Below, piece after piece: positions 13,194 through 24,903 of a stretch of DNA of 43,595 nucleotides. How positions within the stretch are numbered: position 1 is the first letter of the stretch; each line of letters begins with the position of its first letter. The stretch comes from Oopsacas minuta. Taxonomy: Eukaryota; Animalia; Porifera. Both the position numbers and the translations under genes were made by a program. Location of the stretch: assembly GCA_024704765.1 (NCBI GenBank), contig JAKMXF010000059.1, positions 1-43,595 of the forward strand, written 5' to 3'. The notes beneath the pieces are model-generated. The model was not told where the DNA came from. It did not search any database and worked only from the letters and a program-made list of their open reading frames with translations.

Positions 13194-14783
13194 AATTGCC
13201 ATTTGCTTTCAGGATTCTTGCTATCGAGACTGGATTCGGCGGAAGTCATCAGAGCAATTGGTTCAGCCATTGATCACGGATAAATTATCTATGAGAAAAT
13301 AAAGGCGTATGATTGAAAACATAAGTACACGTATATACACACATTTATATGATTAATTTGTGAGGTAATTTTCAAGAATATTTAGGATTAGACGAGTATT
13401 CAATTACATAGTTACAAATATCACTTTAGGAATTTCTATAGCAACGATTACAGACAATGGAATGTGACTAAAAATCAAAGTTGCCTACTGTTTCGGGGCC
13501 TTTCATCTTCATATAACATAGTATAAATTGTAAACAACAACTGGTATTATTTTCGCTTTGACGTTTCTTGACTTTTTCTTGTCAGACAATTTCAAAATTT
13601 TATCGATGGAAAAATGGGATTCATTTTTTAACCTGGGTACAACAATCCTTCAAATGAAAGGTACACAGTTCAGAATATATCTGTTACAAAATTTGAATTC
13701 AGCATGCAAAATTGTGTAGAATAGATGAAAAAGTAGAAGCATAACATATTTTATAAAGAATCAGAATCAATTTGAAAATCTTTTTATTTTGAATTCTCCA
13801 AACGATAATTTTCAACATCAAAAACCATAAAGTTACGATTCAAATTTACATAACTAAAGTCTACCAAATGATTTGAAAATTGGATGGATGCTACTTGAAT
13901 GTTTAGAAACACCATGAAACCATAAAGATTGGAAGCATAACTATGAAAATTTCTTAATTATTTACTACTAAGCCACTGTGTATCAGTACATCTGGTATTT
14001 CTATATCCTACATTCAAGCCAACGTTGCCTAAAATAAAACTAATAATTCTTGGAAAGACTTACTACTATTAAGCTTAGCACTAGATCTGTATATTAATCA
14101 TTAGTAGCGAACAAATTTGAGATATATTGCCAATTGTTTACGAACGCTTCTCTGGATTCATATTGTTCTTCAAAAACAAGTCACTGGAAAACAATATTGT
14201 AAATGCCCTAAGAATTCGAATTTGTTGTAATTTAATGAGATTGATTAAACTAGAATAGGTCCAATGCCTCAAATTTCCATTTTGTGTGCCATAATGGAAT
14301 AGGATGCGGAAAAATTATCCTTGATCAAAATCTGAAAAGTTCAGGCGGGCCAGAAAATAATTTCTAGAATATAACACAAAATAGTTTAGAGATGATAATA
14401 GTCCCGAGTTTGATAGACCGAAATGGATAGTCGACATTCGTAACAATTAATAAAAATATCAACAAAATTTATTAATCATTTGAATGGCAGCTCGGTTAAT
14501 TTATAGGCCTCTTAGTATAGAAATTCAGAAATATTCTGAGGAATCACAATAATTAAGATTACCTATTAAATATTGAGGATCAATGAGACGTAACTATAGA
14601 TCACAAAAAGCCCCAGTCTAATGATATGATCTGTCCAATATAGGTCTATCAAATATTCTTTAACTAAACTACCTCAGGAAGTTTGCCATCTATCTGGTAT
14701 GTAAATTATCTTCTATTTGCCCTGTAATTTAGCTAGAGAAATTGAAGAATTTTGGAAAACAATATGCACATCATCGTCTACAC

Positions 14784-16969
14784 CAGTGGTTCTCAAACTG
14801 GGGGTCACGGAGCAATTTATAGGGGGTCGCGAGATATAGTAATATTCTGAAAGTATACCTTAATGATCCTCAAATTTAGAGTCCAAGGTGTAAAGAATTA
14901 ACTTGAGGTTTTTCATTATAAAAGTGACATTTCGAGTTTATTCTTTACACTTGGGTTGTAATTAGTAAACTTCTTAATCAATATGCATATCATGAGCTAC
15001 ATATATTAACTTTATACTTGTATTTTAGTGACATTCAATCAAAATATTAGAAAATTATGGCCACAGCACCCAAAAGACGGAAGTACAATGACAGCTACAT
15101 TGAATATGGTTTTACTGTTGTTCGAAATTCAGGAATTGAAAAGCCCCAATGTGTTATTTGTTGTGACACGCTATCAGGAGAATCTATGAAACCGAGTAAA
15201 TTAAAACGACATCTGGAAACTCGTCATCCTGAGTATTTAGAAAAGGATCCTTCTTTTTTTAAAAGGAAGGAAGATGTTTTAAAGCGGTCAAGACTGGACA
15301 TAACAGGTGCATATCACCAGCAATCATTTGCTTGTATTGAGGCTTCATATGTTGTTTCGTTCCGAATTGCAAGAGCAAAAAAGCCTCATACAATTGGAGA
15401 GGACCTTATTCTCCCTTGTTCGAAAGATATTGTTCGACTTGTTTTTGGTGATGAGCATGCTAGGAAGTTATCATCAATTCCCTTATCTAATGACACTGTT
15501 CAAAGACGTATATCTGAGATGTCAAACAATATTTTGATGCAAGTTGTAAAACAGTTAAAATCCAGCCCTTTTAAATTGTTCTCATTGCAACTTGATGAGT
15601 CAACTGATGTATCTTCATGTTCACAATTATTGGTTTACGTCCGTTATGTGCACGAGAAAAAATTTAAGGAAGAGTTTTTGCTATGTCGCGAACTTGAAAC
15701 CACAGCGAAGGCACAAGATGTGTTCAAATTGATTGATAGCTTTTTCCAAGATAATAAAATTGAGTGGAAGGATTTGTGTGGAATTTGTACCGACGGCGCG
15801 CCAGCAATGCTTGGTTCACGTTCTGGTTTCCAAAAGCTTGTTAAGGATAGATCGCCAGAAGTCACAAGCACACATTGCATGATTCATAGACAAGCACTTG
15901 CCTGTAAAACTATGCCAGCACAGCTTTTAACAGTGATGACACTAGTTATCAAGATCGTAAATTTTATTAAATCGAGTGCTCTTAACACTCGCCTTTTCAG
16001 GGAACTTTGCGAAGGTATGGCTGCTAGCCATCAGACTCTACTTTTCCACACCCAAGTACGTTGGCTTTCCAAAGGTAATGTCCTTAAACGAGTCTTGGAG
16101 TTGCTTCCAGAGATTAAACTATTTCTTGGTCAACACGGAAAACATTAATTCTTGACACAAATCAATGATTCCAATAATAATGTTTTTCTAATGTATCTTG
16201 TGGATATATTTGATCGTATCAATGTACTGAATCTCTCACTTCAGGGAAAAGAAAAGTACATGTTTGATTTGAGTGATAAACTCAAAGCTTTCCAAATGAA
16301 AATTCACAATTGGAGAAGAAAAATTGACTCAGGGAATGTATGTAAGTTTGAAAGATTATCCGAATATTTTGATTATAACGATATTGTGTTGGATAATAAT
16401 TCAAAAACAATAATCTCCGAGCACCTAACGGCCTTAGGCGAAGAATTTTCTCATTATTATCCCGAGTGGAAGGACTCAGATTTGAAATTACCGAGAAATC
16501 CATTCACTTTCTCCCCTCAAGCAATACCAGACGATAATGATCGTGCACAGGAAGAATTGATAGACCTGATTAATGATGGATCTGCCAAGGAACTATTTGA
16601 AAGTGAGGAATTGAGTACCTTTTGGTGTTCAATGGAGGAGTCATATCCTCTTCTCGCTGAAATTATCCTGAAAAGACTTTTGCCATTCCCTACCACCTAC
16701 CTTTGCGAATCAGGGTTTTCAGCTCTTCTACAAATAAAAACAAGCACAAGGAATAAATTGAAAGTAGAAGATGACCTCCGTTGTGCACTTACAAATACAG
16801 ATCCCGAAATTCAGGATTTAGTTAAGGATAAACAGCTACATCCTTCTCATTGATAATATTATTAGTTTGCCTTTATTTGATCAAATATATCTCACAAGGA
16901 AATTAGGGGTCGCGAATTAAAGGGAGAACTTTTAGGGGGTCACCAGAGAAACAAGTTTGAGAACCACTG
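14784..16969 (+). mobile_element. Buster-subfamily hAT transposon, full length (2186 bp)
   Basis: Perfect 16-bp TIR CAGTGGTTCTCAAACT. The 8-bp TSD GTCTACAC (14776-14783 and 16970-16977) fits the Buster nnnTAnnn target consensus. Subterminal GGGGTC(G/A)C motifs occur at both ends. Confidence 0.97.
15057..16853 (+). pseudogene. Buster hAT transposase (ZBED5/SCAND3-like), 599 codons with one in-frame TAA at 16146-16148
   Basis: ORFs 15057-16148 and 16152-16853 are in the same frame. BED finger (PQCVIC..KPSKLKRHLETRH), KKPHTIGE, LQLDESTD, CTDGAPAM, HCMIHRQAL, VRWLS and TYLCESGFS are all present. Confidence 0.95.
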
Positions 16970-18236
16970 GTCTACACTCTACATGAACCATTCATAAAGT
17001 GTGATGACTTGACCCTCGTGTATACTACAAGATCAAATAATTGTAGATGAGGTCTATTGGCTTATGAATGGCGCCCAGCTGCCACATCTCAGGGCTCTCA
17101 ACCTTGGAACTTTTAAAATCGTGATATTCGTCAAAAGACTTGGGACATTGTCTTTAGACTTGTGATTTAGAATTAGTTTTTCATGAAAGTGCCAGGGATT
17201 TTGATCCTTGGTATTTTCATGAATACGTGACCCTTTCGCAAGAGTTTAGGAGTCAGACTCCTGTATCCTAACTAATAGGACAAAACTTTCATTCCTGACC
17301 TCCTTAAATTTCATCAAGTATTGCGAAAGTGTAAATACTTAGCCATAGAATAGAACGAATATTCGAAAATTATTTTCTTTAGATATGTTAGTCCGTTAAT
17401 ATTTCGCATATTAGTTTCAGCACTAGAATAGAGTGAGCCAAAATTCGAAAAAGGTTGAGGTACTTCAATGATTTCGCAATTGTGTTAAAATTGATATTTT
17501 TTCTAATAGAAATTGAGGCATCTAATTAGCGGTTGTTAAATATACCTAGACAATTCGCTGAAATCATGTGTGTGGACTCCTGCTGTATGGACGTTAATGT
17601 ATTTACAATCATGTTAAAATATTCAAAATTTTGAAACTGGCTTGCTTGAGTCGAGTCTCTATTAGAATTGTACTAAACACACGAATGTATTGAAACATTC
17701 TGATCCATTTTCACTATAGTAATGCATACAGATACTGGAATATCATCCGTTTGATTGCTTCGAGTTGACTCATTATCAATTACTTGATGAATTACATAAT
17801 ATACAAAGTAATTTCAATTAAAGTAGTAGCTATTAATTTCGATATATCAACAATTGATTAATTATAATCATATCCTACTAAAGATAAGGCCTAACCACTA
17901 CTTTGACAACATGGATAAATAAAGTGGATATATTTTGATGGTAAATTCTTTAATCTCCAATGATAAGAAATTGGTACATGTCCGCTCGAATAAATGTATT
18001 ATTTATATGTAAGAATCCACAAAAGTCACATTTATGAAAATTTTCAAAGCGAAATGACGTCATCTGTTAGCGTAATTAACAAGTCTGTTTAACATGCTCA
18101 TTCTTAGAAACCATGTACAACTTTAAATTTAATCTATTTCAAAATGCTGAAATTAAGAAAGTTCTAAAACGTTCTGTACAAAATATTACAAATTTGTCTT
18201 AATACTTTGCGCGTATTTTGTCAATATCCCCTTGTA

Positions 18237-18490
18237 ACTCGATAATCGTAGAAATTATGGTTAAATCAGGATAGCAATTTTATAGTATACACCCAACTTT
18301 TCATATCCTTGTGAAATATTTTGATAAGATACATTAATGATTAATACAAAATCTCAAAAATGAGGTATATTCATGATTACGCCATATTGGTAAGAGATAT
18401 CATATGAAAATGTATTATAAGGATATTGGGGGTCAGGTGTATATAATATTTTGGCTGTGCTGAATTTACATAATGTAACGATTATCGAGT
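18237..18490. repeat. Imperfect palindrome with ~95-bp arms; member of a dispersed repeat (MITE-like) family
   Basis: ACTCGATAATCGT (18237-18249) and its reverse complement (18478-18490), with further matching blocks in both arms (ATTATG, TATACACC, ATATCCTT). Homologous pieces lie at ~28735-28870 and from 31199 onward. Confidence 0.7.
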
Positions 18491-19695
18491 ATATGAGAAT
18501 ATTAACAATACATATGACATCCATGGTTTGCGTGGTAACTTAGAATAATAGCAATTTTATCATGACAAATTTATTATTTTTGTAAAGGTAAGGTTTTAAA
18601 TCAATTTCAACATTCTGAAGATACATAAATAATTAAAGTTCGACATGGTTTAAAATATGGAACATTAAGAATACATATTTGTCAATTACAGATGACGTTG
18701 CTTTGATATGTGGAGCTTTTGTGAATCTTGCATATCAATAATATAACTGTCGGGTGAAAATGCATCAGTTCATGTTATCGACCTTAATAGATTTTCCCAT
18801 CAAAGTATGTCCACTTCCTGCTATCCATGGTCGAGTGGAAATTGAGTAAGTGGACAGGCCTTTAATGAGGTATGTTTCGCCACATTTTAGAAGTATATTT
18901 TCGTTTAAACTCTACTTCAATTGTACCAAATAGTTTCAATACTTCTAGTGGAATCAATAATTCAAAATATTACTTCCTTCCATCTATATAAATTATTTCC
19001 GTTTCAACGGAATGCGTGTTAGATGTGTAATAATCAATACGTAGCTATAGTAAAAGTTAGATTATCTGGGCACGTTTTCTGGTGAGTACGGCGCGTATAG
19101 CATTTTTATAATCCTTTTAAGTTCCACGAGAGCACCTGTCACTTTTGTATACCGAATCCACTTTCATTCATAAAAAGAGGTGAGTTTACTTGGGCCATTG
19201 CGTTAGCAATTCAATTTTGGGTATTCTTTGTAAAAAACTACATAAAATATATTTATTTGAAATGGAAAATATTTCACAGAATATCCGTGTGTTAATCGAG
19301 CGAGTAATCAATCATTCAGTCTTGCCTCAGCTATCTATAGATATCATACCGTATAAATCGCTTTCATCTCCACCATCTCCTATAAAGTAAAACAAAATCA
19401 TTCATTGTTCAGTTATAGTCCCGCTCTTTCTCCATAGAGGATTTTCCATCTCTTCAAACAGCCACAATTTATCGAGATGTTGTCTTTTGTATGAAATCTG
19501 CATCTTCTTTTCATGATAAGCATGAGGGAAAATGTTTGGATTCAATTGAACAGGATATGTTAGATGATAGACTAATGATGACTTGGTCTTCAGCTGCATC
19601 TGAAACATCTCTTTAATATAATTTTAAAGATGAGCAATATAGTTTCGACCTTTGCAGATGTAATGATGGTGGTAGTTTGATTTCAATCAACTATT

Positions 19696-20900
19696 TTGTT
19701 TGAGAATACGTACATACTTCTAACCAAAGATCAGATGAGTCTATATATTCATTGGGAATATGTTGAAAGATTTCCTAGGATTGCACCCTACTACTGGCCT
19801 AAAAATACTCCTCATCTTCCTGTTGCTGAGGATTTTGAAGATGAAGATCCTATAGAGTGTAACAATATTATTACAAATACAGTTAATGGCCATAAGTCCA
19901 GTTATCTGATCAATCTGATGAATTTTCTATGACAACAAAGTCGAATGTCAATGAAGAATTTCTTGTGGAGATATAATATTCATTTTATCAATTTACAAGG
20001 TAGAGAAAGGTTAAAAAGAGATTGGACAGCTGTGTTTGACAATAAAATCTAAAAAATATTTCCAGCATGTGTTCTTAAATTAAACAATTACTGGTTTACA
20101 AACTCTCTCAGTCGCAAAATGAATGCGACCTACCTTCGAACATCCGCTGAATGCAAGTTTTATAATTGTTACAAATGTGATTTTTGTGTTGACTAGCTTC
20201 TAACTACAAAACCAATCACCCTCTTTGCAACATTCTGGAGGAGAACATACATATACGTCATATATCTAGTAGTTTGCGCAAGATTTGTAGGGAAAAACTT
20301 CAGCACACATCCATCACAAATATCATTACATAAACAGTTCAGCTGTCAAGTTAGTTCAATGGAATATGAATTTAGCGGTAGTTTTTCTAACCTGAGGTGT
20401 CAATAATGTTTGAGACAGATAGAAACTGAAACTATATCATATAATAGATTATCTAATGCTATAATTACAGATATTTCTATTACTCAAGAATATTATCCCA
20501 ACTTAATGAGTGAAAAGCCATTACCTGGTTACATTCAGTATTTCGTTAAGGAACCCTTGATTATGCATCTAAGTATGAAAGGCAAATAGAGCAAATGAAA
20601 TATTTAACTAAATATATAATTTTATAATTGAATGTAGAGGTTCCATTATAGGTAAACCCAGGTTTGCACAAAATCTATTCACTATAATGCTTTAACTCTA
20701 CAACATCGAAACTACCACATTACACATATCCCTGAGCAGAAATGATAATTTCAGACCAAGGAAAACCAACTTAACATTTGGTACTTGAATTCAAAGTTAG
20801 TTCTATATAAAGAAATATTCATCACAAGAGTTGATTTAGATCACAGTTGATTATTGATCCAAAGCGCATGAATCGAATTCAGTAAAAATGAATATTGTTG
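19696..20900 (+). pseudogene. Possible NOF-FB-like (Mutator-related) transposase remnant
   Basis: Decayed frame GRERLKRDWTAVFDNKI*KIFPACVLKLNNYWF..SRK..AECKFYNC (~19995-20190), then a DATGS-like segment (GSIIGKP..IHYNAL, ~20630-20700). Recognised from memory of the family only. Confidence 0.42.
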
Positions 20901-21506
20901 TATTTAGAGTTGTTTGAGAATGTAAATTCAGACGAAAGATCTGTGGATGTAGATGTCTTAACTGTTATTCATTAGTGTTCTTCCCATGTAATGCATAAGT
21001 TGATTCAGAAATTGAAAAAACATTTAAAATCGAGAAAACTCTAAAGCAATTAATAATGCATGTTTTAGCTGCAATTTTGAAAAGTGTTTCTATGAGAGAA
21101 AATACTCGACTCTTCATATTCTGCATAATGTTTTCTGTTGAGCATTCAACATAAATTGTCAGTTCTAGTTTAAACGCTTTAGTGACCCGCAAAATAGAAT
21201 CATAGCTAGAAACATAGGAACTTTTGAACCTGATACCGATCTGTTCGATATAGTTAGTGAAGGTTGATTGAATTCAATTTACTTCCTTGATAAACTCAAT
21301 GAATAGATAGTGATGCGATGATTTTCAAAATTGCATATCGTAAATCATTTCCTTGACAACGAACAAAATACAGACTAATAACAATTGATATTTAGTATTA
21401 TATAATTGTTTCATTCTCGGTTATTTCTATATTAACCCGTATTAGCTTACTTATTATGCACCTACTGAATAAGTCCCGAGGACAGTGCTAAGATTGTGTT
21501 AGCAAT

Positions 21507-22610
21507 ATGAGTGGGCCTAGGAGTGGTGTCGCAAAGCAGTTGCGTGATGAGGAACTACGTGGTCTTTATCTTCATTGCCATGGCTATACTCTAAATCTGG
21601 CAGCTGGTGATGTCATAAAAAGGTACAAGCATACCAAGGATGCACTGGATGTTGCATTTGAGACGTCAAAGTTCGTGAAATTTTCACCTGAGAGAACAGC
21701 AAAATCAGAGAAATTGAAGGAGGAACTAACTATGGAATTACCAGGCAACTATGTGTTGTGCACTTCTCGCTGGACAGTTTGTGTGGCTTCCCTGAAGTGA
21801 CTCTTTTTTGCAAATATGTTGCTTTACAGGAATATTGGGAGACTATGAAGGATGCAATTACTGATCCAACTATCAAAGGGAGAATCACTAGTGTTCAATA
21901 TCAGTTCAAGCCATTCTCTTTCTCTTTGGAGTAAACCTTGCTGAGCTTGTTTTGGACCACACTGATAACTTGAGCAAGAGCCTCCAAACAACATCCATGT
22001 CTGCTTCTGTGGGTGGCCAGATCGCCACCATGACAGAACAACACTGAAGTCACTTCGCACTGATGGCCAATTCAGTACCTTTTTGGATTAGTCATTAAAG
22101 GCCAGGAAGATCTGGGTGTGTAAGACCTATTGCTGCTAGGAAGAAGAAAGCTGACCAAACTGTATGATAATTCTGACGCATCGTATGATTTGGAGATTAT
22201 TGCCAGAAACACTATTTTCAGTCCTACTTTGAGGCCTCGACTTAGTAGTCAATGCTATGTAGGACAGGTTTGATCATCCTGACTTCAAATCATATTGACG
22301 ATTGGATCCAGATCATCAGTATAGAGAGCACTGAGGGATCTTTTGACTTCCTTACCAACATATATAGCGATGATTTCGACAGTTCTCTGCATCTTAACAT
22401 TTTTGGGAACGTTCCCTAGTGAGTTTAAGTCACCAGCACTGTCATTCACGAACTCAGGAAACACATCAGAGGTTTTCTGAGGCAGAGCGTTCCTTGATCA
22501 GTGAGGTTGTCACGATATTGGTGGAGGTTGTGGTAATGGCTTGAAACAATGATGTCAGCTAATGGTCTTTAGTGACATGAAGACTTATTTTCGCACAACT
22601 ATGAAGCAGG
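21507..22610 (+). pseudogene. ZMYM1-type hAT transposase remnant (3' half)
   Basis: MSGPRSGVAKQL..LYLHCHGYTLNLA (CxxH-like region), VKFSPER, LCTSRWTV, and the dimerization-domain fragment MKTYFRTTMKQE (~22587-22610). Many stops. Confidence 0.75.
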
Positions 22611-22819
22611 AGCTCTGTTGCGTGAGATTTTAACTCATCTATATTAATGCATCAGTAGCGTGCTGAAAATCATCAAATATTCTAAATCAAAACGAAGTCA
22701 ATTTCAACAATTTTTATGTATATTTAATATATTACAATAATTATATATCAAATGTAGTATTTAATATGATCAAATGCAATATCTTTGAATGAGCCATCCT
22801 CATCTTCGTGTGTATATGG

Positions 22820-22838
22820 TATATATATATATATATAT
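22820..22838. repeat. (TA)n microsatellite, about 9 units
   Basis: Direct reading: tatatatatatatatatat. Confidence 0.9.
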
Positions 22839-23424
22839 TGGCGAGACTGTCATATTTGAGTCAGGTTACTTTGGTCTAGTATACTTGGTTCGGATATGCT
22901 TATGGCACAACCCGGTAAGAGTTTGCGTATACTTGTGTGGTGTACTTTGATCGGTAACTGGGCGAGTTTGGTCGGATAGGCTTATATTGAATTGTACTGT
23001 TTTGGCATGACACAAACATGCGACCAGACACAGACCAGGACATCGGGGTTGCCATAAGAATGGTGTCATATTAACCATTTACCAATTAGACGTTTTCGGA
23101 CCTTCTTATAGTTTTCCCATAAATCATTTGGAATTCAAACAGCAAGAACACAGGATAGACAGGTGAACAAGTGTTTCGCCCCGGCTTGGACTCGTCAGTT
23201 GCGTTACCTTTCTCGCAATACACTTGAGTAGTTGAATTGGCGTATTTAAGTGGTATTACTTCTTGTTTTCGCCACTGGGGATGTGCCGTTGCAGGTCGGG
23301 TTTCCATTATCTGGGCTCGTCAAGATAGGAATTGCGTTGCCTGAATAACCTCGAGCAGAGGTCCCCACAAGGTTCGAGGTACCTTGCCTTTGAGTGCTTT
23401 CGACAACATAGTAGAGGTTAATGC

Positions 23425-23900
23425 TTATGAATCAGTGATTTCAATAAGATTTTTATCGCTGAAGGAGAAGGTCGGATTTTTATTATTAAACATATTGTAT
23501 ACTGGCTCATAATGGTCAGAATAGTTTGCAATGTATAGAGCAGGGATGTGAGTGTAGTTGTTGGAAGCACTTAAACGTAACCACCGGATTTCAGTATCTA
23601 AGCTTCCCTCCGTTCGATAAATTTTGTTGGCAACATAGATATCAGCTTCGAGTTGTGCAGAGGCTGCAATCAATTCAGCAACAGTGGCCCAGCTGCCATT
23701 GCTGCTCATGGAAGTACCATTAATATGATGAGAAGTAGTAGTAGTCAGAACCTCATTGAAGTACCAATTAATAACATCCTTCTCATCACTCACCATATAG
23801 CGGCAGACCTCACCTCGGATCTTGGCATGATACTCTTGACTTCCTGAAATGAGTTTAGACAGACATCTAAATAGACAGTTGCCATCACGTTCAATACTGG
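23425..23900 (-). pseudogene. OTU-like cysteine protease domain of the Ginger element
   Basis: IERDGNCLFRCLS (DGNCLFRC at 23886-23863) runs in frame into the ORF-track peptide W-ATVAELIAASAQLEADIYV...LYIANYSDHYEPV. The catalytic Cys and His motifs are both present. Confidence 0.85.
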
Positions 23901-24903
23901 TGCACTCCCACGGCTCATATTCTCACACTCTACGCCCTACTATAGTAGAATATTGGTCAGTTGGTTGTTGGAATTGGATTTCTAACAGATTGCACTTCTC
24001 TTTCTGCCACTCAGTCGTAATGGGGGTAATGATGGGGTTATCAGACTCTAGATGGTGAATATCGAGGTGTGAAAGTTCACTACTCTTAGGTTGAATAAAT
24101 TCTTTTCTATGAAATCGATTGCCTAAATTAGCATAGTTGGTAGCAACATTAGATAACTTTAACTATTCATATAAGCGACTCAAAAACATTACCAGTGCAT
24201 ATAACACTTTATCAACGTAGTCCCAGGCTTGTGTAGGCCCCATGTCTGGATAGATGTGTTTAGAGAACTCCATCAGGCTGTAAGTAATCTCGCTTCTCTA
24301 TAAACAGAACAAACTCGTAAATTCACACAACCAATATTTAGCCAGTATTAATTACGAAAAAATGAGGGACAGACCGATGTGAATTTGAAAGTTAAAATAT
24401 AGTTGCACTAACCATTATTTCGGGCCTGTAATCTTTTAATATCTGATACGCGATTACATCAGGGATGCAGAAGCCTTTTACATTACTTGACTTCTGCAAT
24501 GTCTCGTGAAATTTCGAGAGATATATTCCACGATTCTTATGATCGGTATATGCTAACTAAAAGAATAGTCTATAGTGTACGTTATTCCGAAAATAAGAGA
24601 TAATTGAGAAATTTAATTTGGTCATAGATAATGTAGAGAACAATGAAAGCGAACGAATACCTTGAAATTTTCTAGTCAGTTGAGGAGCAATTCCTTTGAG
24701 ATGCCAAATTTCTAATTACCGGGAAGCATAGTTACTTCCTTTTCACTTTTCTATATGAGCAAATGAAACGTGGTAAAGTAAAGGCTTTGGGCAATGAAAT
24801 GAATATGTACATACCTTGAATTTCTTAGTCACCACATCTGTAGGTATATCCGTGAATTTACGTTTAGGCGATTTGGCTTCTGATCGCGGAACATATTGTC
24901 GTG

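Larger units (their letters stand above)
7818..13270 (-). pseudogene. Outer Transib/RAG1-core-like transposase pseudogene, split by the insertion at 9894-13193 (coding pieces ~13270-13194 and 9893-7818)
   Basis: Motifs in order: candidate ATG at 13270; HGLD; ADGLDESG (D1, ~9121-9145); ILDGKMARIL*GAGGASCQLC (D2 at 8828-8826, CxxC at 8783-8772); QPDPKGGTTST..VAERAF; ITPTLHKLLAH; SEEGSEACNKLFR (E3); C-terminal CEKCEEHGHTRRAKCC. Several stops and frameshifts. Confidence 0.88.
7367..13980 (-). mobile_element. Outer Transib-type (RAG1-core-related) transposon, interrupted by a second Transib-type element
   Basis: Ends are TACAGTGGCTTA (7367, +) and CACAGTGGCTTA (13980, -). After removing the inner element and one TSD copy the length is 3309 bp, versus 3300 bp for the inner element. 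Its 3' subterminal region is homologous to the inner element's (CTAAGGATCATTTGATGCATTCAAAATTTTC vs CTAAGGAATCAATTGACGTAACTAAATTTTTC). There is no clean TSD (TTTTA vs TATCA). Confidence 0.8.

Noticed and set aside
7400-13970. RAG2-like gene as in ProtoRAG
   Set aside because: Non-coding margins are under ~0.9 kb per end and AT-rich, with no kelch-like or PHD-like frame.
16146-16148. Stop read-through or variant genetic code in the Buster transposase
   Set aside because: The codon is TAA, not the Sec codon TGA. SEPSECS reads ~400 codons without any TAA/TAG, and TAA appears as a scattered lesion in decayed elements.
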